A stretch of DNA of 63,971 nucleotides from Candidatus Saccharimonadia bacterium (GTDB lineage Bacteria > Patescibacteriota > Saccharimonadia > UBA4664 > JBBRNT01): positions 1 through 63,971 of the forward strand of contig JBBRNT010000006.1 of the NCBI GenBank assembly GCA_038230095.1. The letters run 5' to 3'. Each line of letters starts with the position of its first letter. Position 1 is the first letter of the stretch. Shown in pieces: positions 37,689-46,491 of the stretch. The position numbers were made by a program, and so were the translations under genes. The notes under the pieces were generated by a model. That model saw only the letters and a program-made list of their open reading frames with translations, ran no database searches and was not told the DNA's origin.

Positions 37689-38846
37689 TTAAAACTGCTT
37701 AAGAAAGCTAGTAGCGAAGCCGGTACTTAGCGTGCTCTGGCTGGCGGCGCGCTCAAACGCCAGGTCTATGAGCCGCCCGACTACGTCTGCGGCCGAGTAG
37801 CCAGCGGCACGCCAATTGTGTAGATACAGGCTGCCGGGAAGCGGATTAACCTCATTGAAGTAGACTTGACCACGCTTGCTGTCCACTAACAGATCTACGC
37901 GAGAGATGCCGGTACAGCCGAGGGCCTGGTAGACACTGGCGGCTACTGCCTGGCACTCTGCCAGCAGTGCGGCGGGCAACCGAGCAGGCAGGTGGCTATA
38001 GACCGCTCCACCGACCTTGCCTCCGAGCTTCTTGCCAGCGCCAAGGTACTTCTTATCAAAGTCGAAGAAGTCCTCACCGCTAAGGGCGGGCTCTTCAGGA
38101 ATACCAAATACGAGCTCAGTGTTGCCCAGGATAGGCACTGTGACCTCTACTAGATTCGGTACGGCCTCCTCCACTATCCCCCACTGGTCGTAGTGGAAGA
38201 CCACCTCTAGGGCATTTGAGAGCTCGGCTCGGCTCGTGACGCGGCTAATGCCAATACTAGAGCCGAGGTGCACGGGCTTGGTGAACATGGGGTAGGTCAG
38301 TGCTTGTTCTAGCTGGTCCATGGCGGCCCTGGGGTCCTGGGTAAACTCGGCCTGAGTCAGACCGGCGTAGCGGTGGTGCGCTATACCAGCCGAGGCGCAG
38401 ATGGCGTGGGCCAGCAGCTTGTTCATGGCAAGGACACTGGCTTCCATGTCACAGCCTACGAATGGTACCCCGGCCAGACGTAGGAGCCCCATAAGACTGC
38501 CGTCCTCGCCGTAGGTGCCATGCATAGCAGGAAACACGACATCGATAGACCGGTAGACTTTACGCCCAGTGAGGCCGGTGGACTTCACAAGCTGGAGACC
38601 ACCATCCACTAAAACGGCTGTTTTGGGCGTCTTACGCAGGAACTCTTCGATGCGGCCAGAGCTGAATAGCTCTATTTCGGCCAGCGCGGGATCCCAGTAC
38701 CAGCTACCATCCTTGGCAATGTAGACAGGCTCCACCTGGTAGAGTCCCAGAGCCCGCAGCGGCTTAATAATGCTCGCGATTGCTGTCACAATAGATACAT
38801 CGTGCTCTGTGGAGTTGCCACCGAAGATAACTGCTACTGTTTTCAT
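37689..38846 (-). CDS. ddl: D-alanine--D-alanine ligase
   Basis: FGGNSTEHDVS, HGTYGEDG, KPVHLGSSIG, NEVNPLPGS. Confidence 0.95.
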   Translation of the reverse strand: MKTVAVIFGGNSTEHDVSIVTAIASIIKPLRALGLYQVEPVYIAKDGSWYWDPALAEIELFSSGRIEEFLRKTPKTAVLVDGGLQLVKSTGLTGRKVYRSIDVVFPAMHGTYGEDGSLMGLLRLAGVPFVGCDMEASVLAMNKLLAHAICASAGIAHHRYAGLTQAEFTQDPRAAMDQLEQALTYPMFTKPVHLGSSIGISRVTSRAELSNALEVVFHYDQWGIVEEAVPNLVEVTVPILGNTELVFGIPEEPALSGEDFFDFDKKYLGAGKKLGGKVGGAVYSHLPARLPAALLAECQAVAASVYQALGCTGISRVDLLVDSKRGQVYFNEVNPLPGSLYLHNWRAAGYSAADVVGRLIDLAFERAASQSTLSTGFATSFLKQF

Positions 38847-38913
38847 ACCAAGCCGCCATTTACTAATACAGTTATTATATACAGTTCCCTCAGTCTATGT
38901 AGACAAAATGAAA

Positions 38914-38937
38914 AGTCCAGATCAGATGATCTGGACT
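38914..38937 (-). terminator. Hairpin, probable minus-strand terminator downstream of tRNA-Gly
   Basis: AGTCCAGATC-4-GATCTGGACT followed by TTTCATTTT on the minus strand. Confidence 0.55.
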
Positions 38938-39296
38938 GGCGGGGAATGGTTGGCGAGCGGGCGCACCCCCGAGCGATCGCTCGCCAACCAGACTGCCCCG
39001 AGAGGGGCGAGTGCAGCGGCTATACAGCCGCCCCTCTCGAGCTACGGCGCGACGTGGTCAGCTGCCGTAGTGGTATTCCTGACGCCCTGGAGGCGTTTAG
39101 GGCATCAGGAAGGGTTTGCGCCGTAGCGCTCTGCACGGAGTGCAGCGACCTTGGCAGACCAGCGCTGGAGGGCTCACTAGTCTGCCGCGGGTGAGGCGCG
39201 CGGTGGCAAGCGCGCCGTCACAACCGATCGGACCTCGGAGGGAGGTGCCGCCCGCTCGGTGATCTTGGTGGTTATCAATTGACACCGCAGTGTCGG

Positions 39297-39369
39297 AGCC
39301 CCAGGGTGGATTTGAACCCCCGACCTTCACCTTGGGAAGGTGATGCTCTACGTGCCGAGCTACCGGGGC
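39297..39369 (-). tRNA. tRNA-Gly(CCC), atypical
   Basis: Cloverleaf GCCCCGG..TCACC-TTCCCAA-GGTGA..TTCAAAT..CTGGGGC-T; non-canonical D-loop; CCA not fully encoded. Confidence 0.85.
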
Positions 39370-39412
39370 AATGCCTTAAGCGATACTAGAATAACCCAGA
39401 ATGACGAAATGG

Positions 39413-40858
39413 TCAAGCGAAATGGTCGGACCAGTCGTTCTGGAGAAACACCACATCGCCGGCTTTAGCGAGCTGCGGTATAGCTGCGAATGAGGCTGGG
39501 CCGTCGTCATACCAGAGTAGCTGGCCTTTGAAGCCTCCTAGCTCTAGGCCCTCGGCAATAGCTGGGGTAGCGGAATTGCGCACGAGGATAACCCGCTCAA
39601 TGCCAGACTCGGCTAGGAGCCGGCCAATGCGCTGGTGCACCTCCACTTTCTGGGGCTCAACTTCCTTTAGTCCTGGCGTGACATAGGTACGATGGTGGCC
39701 CGATAGCCCAATGAGGAACTCTATCCCGACCCGCGCGCCATCGGGGTTACCATTGTAGCTATCATCAATAATAGTGTAGTCGCCAACGGTGAGAGGCTGC
39801 ATACGGTGGTCAAACGGTGCCGTCTGGGACAGGCCTGCTTCAATCTGCTTTGGTGTCATACCAAGACCGTGAGCTACTTCGATAGCAGCTAGCAGCGGCC
39901 CTACTTGGTGTAGCCCTAGCAGCGCCGACTTAGCTTGGATCCGCAGCTTGCCCTGGCTGGCCACAAAGCTGGTGCCAGTTAGACTGGTCTTAGCCGCAGT
40001 CACCTTCCAGCCGGCTAGACCAGTACGGGTGTACTCACGGTTGCCCGGCCGGATATGGGCCGTAACCAGCGGGCTCTCACCATTAACCAGTACCTGGTCG
40101 TTTCCCACGTAATCAGCAAGCTCATAGATAGTGCCGACGGTGCGGTCCAGCGTCTTGAAGCGCTCTATATGCGCCTCATTAATACCAGTAATTACCCCTT
40201 GCTGCGGGTAGGTGAGATGACATAAGCGGGTAATGTCACCCGGGTAGTACTCCCCTAGCTCGAAAATAAGTACTTCTTCGTCGCCGGCTAGACCACCCAC
40301 AAAGCGGTCTATGCCCGCGGCCGTATTCAGATTGCCAGGAGTAGCGGCCACCTTACATCCAGCGGCAATCACAGTAGCCAAGATTTCCTTCATAGTCGTC
40401 TTGCCGAAGCTACCAGCTACCCCAATGCGAACGGCGGGGTGAGAAGCCACCCGGCGACGCACGCGGCGGGTAGCCAGCTGATTGCGGGGGAACTGAACGA
40501 GCACCTTGCCTAGTAGGATAGGTAGCGTCAGGCCATAGGCCAGAATGATAGGCGCCGCTAGCACTACCCAGAGGCCTACCAGGAGGCGGAACACAGGCGA
40601 GCCGTCGGCCACTAGGAACCAGGCGGCGAGCCAGAGCAGGCCCACCAGCACCATTGCCCAGAGCCAGCCTATGAGCGCTCGGGCGACCGGTGTTTTTACC
40701 AGATGTTTTCGCTTCTCGACATGAGCAAAGTCGCTGGTCCGGTGGTACCACTCCAGATAGGTCAGTAGCTCGTAGTCGCAGGCCTGTAGCATATAGACCA
40801 AGCTGCGTAGGTACCGCGGCCGGTAGCGGGTGAGGAAAAAATTACTAAGCTTGTTCAT
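39413..40858 (-). CDS. murF: MurF-type UDP-MurNAc-tripeptide:D-Ala-D-Ala ligase with N-terminal TM helices
   Basis: GVAGSFGKTTMKE, GNLNT, FELGEY, IIDDSYNGNP, QND; next to ddl. Confidence 0.88.
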   Translation of the reverse strand: MNKLSNFFLTRYRPRYLRSLVYMLQACDYELLTYLEWYHRTSDFAHVEKRKHLVKTPVARALIGWLWAMVLVGLLWLAAWFLVADGSPVFRLLVGLWVVLAAPIILAYGLTLPILLGKVLVQFPRNQLATRRVRRRVASHPAVRIGVAGSFGKTTMKEILATVIAAGCKVAATPGNLNTAAGIDRFVGGLAGDEEVLIFELGEYYPGDITRLCHLTYPQQGVITGINEAHIERFKTLDRTVGTIYELADYVGNDQVLVNGESPLVTAHIRPGNREYTRTGLAGWKVTAAKTSLTGTSFVASQGKLRIQAKSALLGLHQVGPLLAAIEVAHGLGMTPKQIEAGLSQTAPFDHRMQPLTVGDYTIIDDSYNGNPDGARVGIEFLIGLSGHHRTYVTPGLKEVEPQKVEVHQRIGRLLAESGIERVILVRNSATPAIAEGLELGGFKGQLLWYDDGPASFAAIPQLAKAGDVVFLQNDWSDHFA

Positions 40859-41609
40859 GCATAAACTCCTCTACTAGGATAGCGGTTTCGGTGGGTTTAT
40901 CCAAAAAAACGAAGTGCCCAGCCCCTGGTAGCACTTCTAGCCGGGAGTGGGCTATTAGACGGTGCAGAATGTGCGCGTTGCGCAGCGGGGCATCAGCATC
41001 CTGCTGGCCCCAGATAAGCAGGGTGGGTATATGTACCCGGCTGGCATTGGCCCGCTGGTCTTCTGTCAGCACGCGGCGGTAGTTGGCCGCCAGAGCGGGG
41101 CTCGCCGCAGCATACTCGCTATTACCATTAGTGGCGTACAGCCTGGTTCGCAATCTGTTCGCAACTGCCGGGAACGGCCGGGTGACGACTTTGCCCGCCT
41201 TAGCTAGAATAAATGTGAGGCGCTGTCGCACCGTCCAGGCGTCTCGAACGCCGGAGGCACCAATGAGAATAAGTCGTTGTGGGCGGATTAGCCCCTGGCC
41301 TACTAAGTAAATAGCTGCTTGGCCGCCCATAGAGTGGCCGAGCAGCGTGGTGGGTCGGATAGCCAGCTTGGTGCAGAAGTCGGTAATGAGCGCCGCATAC
41401 TCGGGTATACCCCAGACCCGGTCGGGCAGCTGGCTACCGCCAAAGCCGGGCAGATCCAGTCGCACCACGCGGTACTTGCCGGCTAGTGCCCGTGCCAGGG
41501 CGTCAAATGGCTGGACGCTAGACCCCCAGCCGTGCAGCATAAGCACCACCGGCCCCTTGCCCTCATCGGCATAGGCTATGGCCAGCTTATCGACAATCAG
41601 CTGGGGCAC
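40845..41609 (-). CDS. Alpha/beta hydrolase
   Basis: LHGWG, DLPGFG, GHSMGG, WGQQD, AGHF; coupled to murF. Confidence 0.92.
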   Translation of the reverse strand: MPQLIVDKLAIAYADEGKGPVVLMLHGWGSSVQPFDALARALAGKYRVVRLDLPGFGGSQLPDRVWGIPEYAALITDFCTKLAIRPTTLLGHSMGGQAAIYLVGQGLIRPQRLILIGASGVRDAWTVRQRLTFILAKAGKVVTRPFPAVANRLRTRLYATNGNSEYAAASPALAANYRRVLTEDQRANASRVHIPTLLIWGQQDADAPLRNAHILHRLIAHSRLEVLPGAGHFVFLDKPTETAILVEEFMHEQA

Positions 41610-42061
41610 TAGTTGACTTCCCTATCGGGGTGAGCGGGGTCGAACAGGCGATCGCTGGGTGGCTCTGGTGGCTCGCTTGCCGGCACCTCTGGCACGGTAA
41701 AGTCTCTGGCTAAACGAGTGCCCTCGAGCGCCCGACCCATCATGATACGGCGGCGCTCGTCGGCGCGCAGGTGCTTGGGATCATTTAGTGGCTGGACGCC
41801 ATTCGCGCTGCGCCGATAGGCAATGTAGGCTAGCTCCTCAGCCGTGGGGGGTACTATGGACAGATCGAGACGGTCCTCCAGCGACAGGTTGCGGTCCGGC
41901 GCAGTATTAGGATTGGTCGAGGCTACCTCCGCTGGGTGCTCACTACGTAGGTCCGCTAGCGCAGCGTAGACATTGCGGCGCGGGATGGCGTCGCTGCCAT
42001 CGGGCACGAGCACGTCACCGTGCTCGTCCATTTCGGTATGCTCGTTGTGTTCTGCTGACAT
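41609..42061 (-). CDS. Hypothetical protein
   Basis: 150 aa; leaderless-type TGC-TAAAAT-6-ATG; stop overlaps the GTG of the hydrolase. Confidence 0.65.
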   Translation of the reverse strand: MSAEHNEHTEMDEHGDVLVPDGSDAIPRRNVYAALADLRSEHPAEVASTNPNTAPDRNLSLEDRLDLSIVPPTAEELAYIAYRRSANGVQPLNDPKHLRADERRRIMMGRALEGTRLARDFTVPEVPASEPPEPPSDRLFDPAHPDREVN

Positions 42062-42084
42062 GGCTATATTTTAGCACTAATTAA

Positions 42085-42116
42085 AACCCCCCGGCGTGCA
42101 ACACGCTGGGGGGGTT
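42085..42116 (-). terminator. Terminator downstream of tRNA-Ala
   Basis: GC-rich stem AACCCCCC.GCGTG/CACGC.GGGGGGTT with a T tract on the minus strand. Confidence 0.7.
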
Positions 42117-42131
42117 CGAATAAGGGCACTT

Positions 42132-42207
<76 letters not shown>

Positions 42208-42434
42208 ATGGGAACTCGAAAACAATACCAGATTGAGTGGGTTTCTTCAAGTCTTGGGCTGCTCATATCTCTGCGGGTACTTGATCGTGGTGGACGTTCC
42301 TCCCGAGACGAAAGCTGATTACTTTTGACCAGATCTGGGAATTGTGCCATAGTGTAGCGCATGCGTTGAACACAGGTGAAGTACTCCGCTTGCACCTGTA
42401 AATCCGATCTTCTCAAGAGAAACTGGGGTACGAC

Positions 42435-43043
42435 ATGACTGTCATTGTTGCCGCAAGGACCACCCATCGAGTGGGGCGGAAGCGTGCGGATATCCGGGAC
42501 GCTATTACTATTGCGAGTGATACCCAGCTGACTGATGGCTGGGAAAAGACCACCGGCGCGTATCCCAAGATTTGGGCAGAAGAAAAGCGACTTATCTTCG
42601 GCGCCGCGGGTCTGGTGGCGGCTTGGCAGGCCGTCCAGTACCACGTGACCTGGCCGCACTATGCCGAGACGCAAGACTGGGAGGAGTGGCTCGTCAGAGA
42701 GATCAACCCTTTGGTTACTGGGTCGCTCAGCAACGCCGAGCTGCTACACCGCCGACGTGGTGTAATCGACACCAATCTATGCCTGATCGTGGCTACCGGT
42801 GACAAGCTGGCGTCCATCGACTGTGTGGGTGGCGTGGTGGTCCCGCGGAAGCACTGTGCGGCTATTGGCAGCGGGTATGCCGAGGCACTTGGCAGCCTCG
42901 GCAAAGGCCCCTGGACGAGCGATGATGTTATCCGAGCTGCATTTGCTGCGACCGAGACCAATCTGGGCTGCGGCGCGCCGATCTACTTCGCGACCACTAT
43001 CGACTACGAGATCCAAGAAGCGGATCTCGCTGGCCTGCAATAG
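42435..43043 (+). CDS. Ntn-hydrolase, proteasome-beta/HslV-like peptidase
   Basis: N-terminal M-T-V-I-V-A (Thr nucleophile), ASDTQ, PKI, AIGSG. Confidence 0.75.
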   Translation: MTVIVAARTTHRVGRKRADIRDAITIASDTQLTDGWEKTTGAYPKIWAEEKRLIFGAAGLVAAWQAVQYHVTWPHYAETQDWEEWLVREINPLVTGSLSNAELLHRRRGVIDTNLCLIVATGDKLASIDCVGGVVVPRKHCAAIGSGYAEALGSLGKGPWTSDDVIRAAFAATETNLGCGAPIYFATTIDYEIQEADLAGLQ

Positions 43044-43062
43044 CCACTCCACCATGTGCCCT

Positions 43063-43093
43063 AGGGCCCTTCGATTTGTCGAAGGGCCCTTTT
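43063..43093 (+). terminator. Terminator of the Ntn-hydrolase gene
   Basis: AGGGCCCTTCGA-tttg-TCGAAGGGCCCT-TTT. Confidence 0.8.
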
Positions 43094-43215
43094 CTATGCC
43101 AAATGCCGCCTACAGCTTTAAGCATACCCAATAGAGCTAGCTGCTTGATTACTCTGTGTGGAAAAGAAAACGGGTCGTGAGTACAAATGTACCCACGACC
43201 CGCAGGGTCGGTGGA

Positions 43216-45042
43216 CTAGTTCGCGGGACCGCCGCCAGCGTAGTAGATGGGCGTACCCATTTGGAGGAGCTCGGACGGTGTGACAATCTGGTAGCCGGCG
43301 GCGATGGCCCAGTCGAGGATGCGGCCTATGGCCAGAGCTGTCTGGATGTGGCTACCACCATCGTGCATAAGCACGAAGTCGCCATTCTTGATACGGCTCA
43401 TGGCGTGCTGCACCAGCAGATCGGCTGGGACGCGAGGGCTGGTCCAGTCGGATAGGTCCGACTGGGTGAAGAGGTTGCACATGTGGTAGTCCCGCATGGC
43501 CTGGTCATTTAGCACGGACCGGGTCAGGCCTGGCGAGCGGAAGAATGTGACTGGCTGCCCCGTGAGCGCAGTAAGGGCCGCATTGGTCCAGGGAAGCTCA
43601 CGCACATCTACCGCACCGCTGTATTGGTGGCTCCAGCTGTGGTTGCCCACACCATAGCCACGGGCAATAACTTCCCGGGCTACATCGATGAGCGGTGCGA
43701 TGCGCTGGCCAATCCAGAAAAACATGGCCTGGCCTTCTAGTCCACGATCGCGGAAAGCGTCCATGATAATACGGGTGTTCACTGCGTCTGGCCCGTCGTC
43801 GAAGGTGAAGGCCAGAGCCTTCATGCCTGGCGGTAGCTGTACCCCCGCAATGGGCGCTCCTGGCACACAGGACCCCAAGGGGTTGCGTGGCGGGTTGCCC
43901 AGCCGGGTGTCTAGAACGCGGACGGGCGCTGGCAGAAGGCCAGCTACGCCGGTGTTCAAGAACCCAATTCCATCGACGACAACCTGCCCGGTGCGCAAGG
44001 CCTGCACTACAACGCTGCCACCTGCCAAGCTTGATGCAAAGGCATTGGGCGTAGCAAGAGAATTCTGGTAGTTCAGGGTGGAGTAGGTGCCGTCCGAGGG
44101 CTGTGGCCCAATGGCGGCCCAACCGGGACCGGTCATGTCTACAGCAGTAAGCGTGCCCAGAAGGGCACTGGCACCACTTGGAACACTGGGCACGGGTACG
44201 GAGCGAGACTCGCCAGCCGCCAGAGCAGTGCCAGCGCGGGTGTCCAGAAAGCGCTGCGGGCCGCCCGGCAAGAGCTGTACGGCGCTGCCCGCAATATCCC
44301 CTTCCAGGTCTACTACTAGATCGCTGGGATTCTGGGAGACGGTACAGATGGCGCCGTTCTGGATGGGGGCAAAGGCCAGCACGCTGCGCGTGGGCGTGTT
44401 AGCATCCACATTATTGCTGGATGTGGTAGGTGCGGTGGTGCTATCGCACGGGACGACGCTGGTGTAGCCGGCAGCCTGGGGGTTGGTTACCGTCAGGTTG
44501 ACTATGGCCACCGTGGCTTCTGGCCGTACGAGCGAGCCCAAGGGGATTACACGCTTGGCACCGGGGACGAGCTGGCCGGCAGGGTCCGATCTGGAGTCTA
44601 GCACTCTGGCCTGGATCGGACGTATTCCGGGGTCGTTCGTCAGATACGCCGCCACATCCAGTACCACATCGGCACCGGCACTGGCGTATATATCCAGCTG
44701 ACCCGCCGTGCTCAGCCGGAGCAGCGCTAGATTGGCAGCAGTATGGCCACGACCCGTCACATTGACCACCGAGGTGTCTGGTGTGCTGAAAGCGTCACTG
44801 ACGCTCAAGAACCCCGAGCCGTCAGACTCGGTTAAGGTCACATTGGCCAGGACGGCTGTGGCATCTGCCGGGATACCGTTAATACCCGCAATCTGGATGC
44901 CACGTAGGACCTGGCCTGCCCGAATGTGGCCCGGTACGCCATTATCTGCGCCCGTTGCCTGCGGTGTCGTAGCCACCAAACTGGTAGCCACGAGGGCGGC
45001 GGCGGCCAGGGAGGCCCACCAGCCTCGGTGTGTGCTCTTCAT
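43216..45042 (-). CDS. Secreted/surface protein: tandem RxLDTR beta-repeat modules plus a C-terminal NodB/CE4 polysaccharide deacetylase
   Basis: Signal peptide; RVLDSR, RFLDTR, RVLDTR repeats; TFDDGP, GNHSWSH, FRSPG, DLSDW, LMHD. Confidence 0.88.
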   Translation of the reverse strand: MKSTHRGWWASLAAAALVATSLVATTPQATGADNGVPGHIRAGQVLRGIQIAGINGIPADATAVLANVTLTESDGSGFLSVSDAFSTPDTSVVNVTGRGHTAANLALLRLSTAGQLDIYASAGADVVLDVAAYLTNDPGIRPIQARVLDSRSDPAGQLVPGAKRVIPLGSLVRPEATVAIVNLTVTNPQAAGYTSVVPCDSTTAPTTSSNNVDANTPTRSVLAFAPIQNGAICTVSQNPSDLVVDLEGDIAGSAVQLLPGGPQRFLDTRAGTALAAGESRSVPVPSVPSGASALLGTLTAVDMTGPGWAAIGPQPSDGTYSTLNYQNSLATPNAFASSLAGGSVVVQALRTGQVVVDGIGFLNTGVAGLLPAPVRVLDTRLGNPPRNPLGSCVPGAPIAGVQLPPGMKALAFTFDDGPDAVNTRIIMDAFRDRGLEGQAMFFWIGQRIAPLIDVAREVIARGYGVGNHSWSHQYSGAVDVRELPWTNAALTALTGQPVTFFRSPGLTRSVLNDQAMRDYHMCNLFTQSDLSDWTSPRVPADLLVQHAMSRIKNGDFVLMHDGGSHIQTALAIGRILDWAIAAGYQIVTPSELLQMGTPIYYAGGGPAN

Positions 45043-45192
45043 TAGTACCCACTTTCGGTCTAAGGCATGTCAAGGTTGTTCTTACCCACCAAGAAGTGGG
45101 CATATTATTCATTAACTAGAGTAAAAGCGCAAGTATAAGTGCTTTCATATCTTAGTTTTCTGAGCATTACATGGCCTACAACAATTATACTA

Positions 45193-45221
45193 TTGACAAA
45201 ACCCGTATTGTGTGCTAGTAT
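45193..45221 (+). promoter_or_regulatory. Near-consensus sigma70 promoter for candidate ncRNA-2
   Basis: TTGACA-17 nt-TAGTAT with an extended TG. Confidence 0.8.
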
Positions 45222-45228
45222 TAATATC

Positions 45229-45419
45229 AACAAACGATTTCACCTAGAAATCATGCAGACATAGTCTGCTATCTCTTCCGCGAAACCGGCGTTTGCAAAC
45301 CCCTTATCGGCACATTGAGGCCTGGGTCGCAAATCGTACCAGAAAGAACCAGATTCTCGACAGTTATCCGCACCTAAGCGTGCAAGTTTGTTCGAAACCC
45401 CGCTATCCGCGGGGTTTTT
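45229..45419 (+). ncRNA. Candidate stand-alone ncRNA (RNA-2)
   Basis: Strong promoter, no usable ORF, several stems (AACAAAC/GTTTGTT, GCAGAC/GTCTGC, ACGATTT/AAATCGT, GCAC/GTGC), terminator AAACCCCGC-5-GCGGGGTTTTT; next gene is convergent. Confidence 0.65.
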
Positions 45420-45430
45420 GTATTCACTAG

Positions 45431-45922
45431 CTATGAGTGCCCTCGCTCAATTTCCAGCGCCCGCTGAACCAGCCTATCCCCTATCGGACCCCAGTCGAAG
45501 TAGTCTTTGACCGTAGTGGGGTCGATGAGCTTAATCTGTGTGATACCGCCTGCCGGATCAGACACAAAGGGCCCAAAGGGCCGTACACTGCACCAGTACC
45601 GTAGCTGGTAGATAAGCCGGCCACCAGGCAAGACGATCTTCTGGTAACCGATAGGCGTGGCGTCGAGTACCTCCATATTGGCCTCCTCCTCTAGCTCGCG
45701 GTCCAGAGTCTGGCGAAAGCTCTCGCCGGGCTCAATGGTGCCACCCACGAGCCCCCAGGCATGTTTATTGCCGCCAAAGCCAATGAGCAACTGCCCTTCA
45801 AAAAAACAGAGCCCGTACGCTTGGGTACAGAGCTCCGCGGGCAAATCGGTAAATGTGTCTGAGTCGTGGTACTCGACAGAGTGGCTCGCCCCATCGTCCA
45901 CAAATGAGCTTGTGATAATCAT
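45431..45922 (-). CDS. NUDIX hydrolase
   Basis: LVGGTIEPGESFRQTLDRELEEEA. Confidence 0.9.
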   Translation of the reverse strand: MIITSSFVDDGASHSVEYHDSDTFTDLPAELCTQAYGLCFFEGQLLIGFGGNKHAWGLVGGTIEPGESFRQTLDRELEEEANMEVLDATPIGYQKIVLPGGRLIYQLRYWCSVRPFGPFVSDPAGGITQIKLIDPTTVKDYFDWGPIGDRLVQRALEIERGHS

Positions 45923-46060
45923 GATCAACGCTCCCTTAGGGGAGTAATCATAGCTGGTTTAGTGCTCTAAATCTAGTGCCAAGCCGTACCGCACCTACCA
46001 GGAGCAATCTTAGAATACTACCTAATGGCCCAGCTGGGTTGGGTTTTGTATTGGCAAGTA

Positions 46061-46092
46061 ATCGGGCGGGGAGATTGCTCTCCCCGCCCGAT
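46061..46092 (-). terminator. 14 bp hairpin downstream of the small ORF
   Basis: ATCGGGCGGGGAGA-4-TCTCCCCGCCCGAT. Confidence 0.6.
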
Positions 46093-46165
46093 ACAGGCAA
46101 GCCTTGCTTTGACGAGAGCCTCGTGGGTGACGACCGGTGTCGGTCTCAAGAAGCCACAACCGCGG

Positions 46166-46381
46166 TCAGATGCCAAAGTACCCACTGCCCGTGGAGGGGT
46201 TGATTTCAGTTCTTTCACCTTTGGCATTGTACGGCGAGACATAGCCACCTGAGCTACTCGAACTGCCACGCCGATCGCGAACGCAGTCGGGATGGGGGCA
46301 CGTGGCTTTGCTGGCGGTGTGACCGGGACGAGGCTTGCTCGTGCTCTTGCTCGTACCAAATAGTTCGGATAACCAGGACAT
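46166..46381 (-). CDS. Small hypothetical protein (71 aa)
   Basis: TATAGT -10 box, SD AAGGTGG, CPHPDC motif, downstream hairpin. Confidence 0.5.
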   Translation of the reverse strand: MSWLSELFGTSKSTSKPRPGHTASKATCPHPDCVRDRRGSSSSSGGYVSPYNAKGERTEINPSTGSGYFGI

Positions 46382-46491
46382 GACTTACCACCTTGTTTGG
46401 GGTAGGGAGACTATCGCCTCCAATTGAATGGACGAAAATACTATACAACAATTTCTCGAATAATGGAACTAATTGGATAGATTTCTGCTAA

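Noticed and set aside
39097-39330. 77 aa ORF
   Set aside because: It begins inside tRNA-Gly and has no protein-like features.
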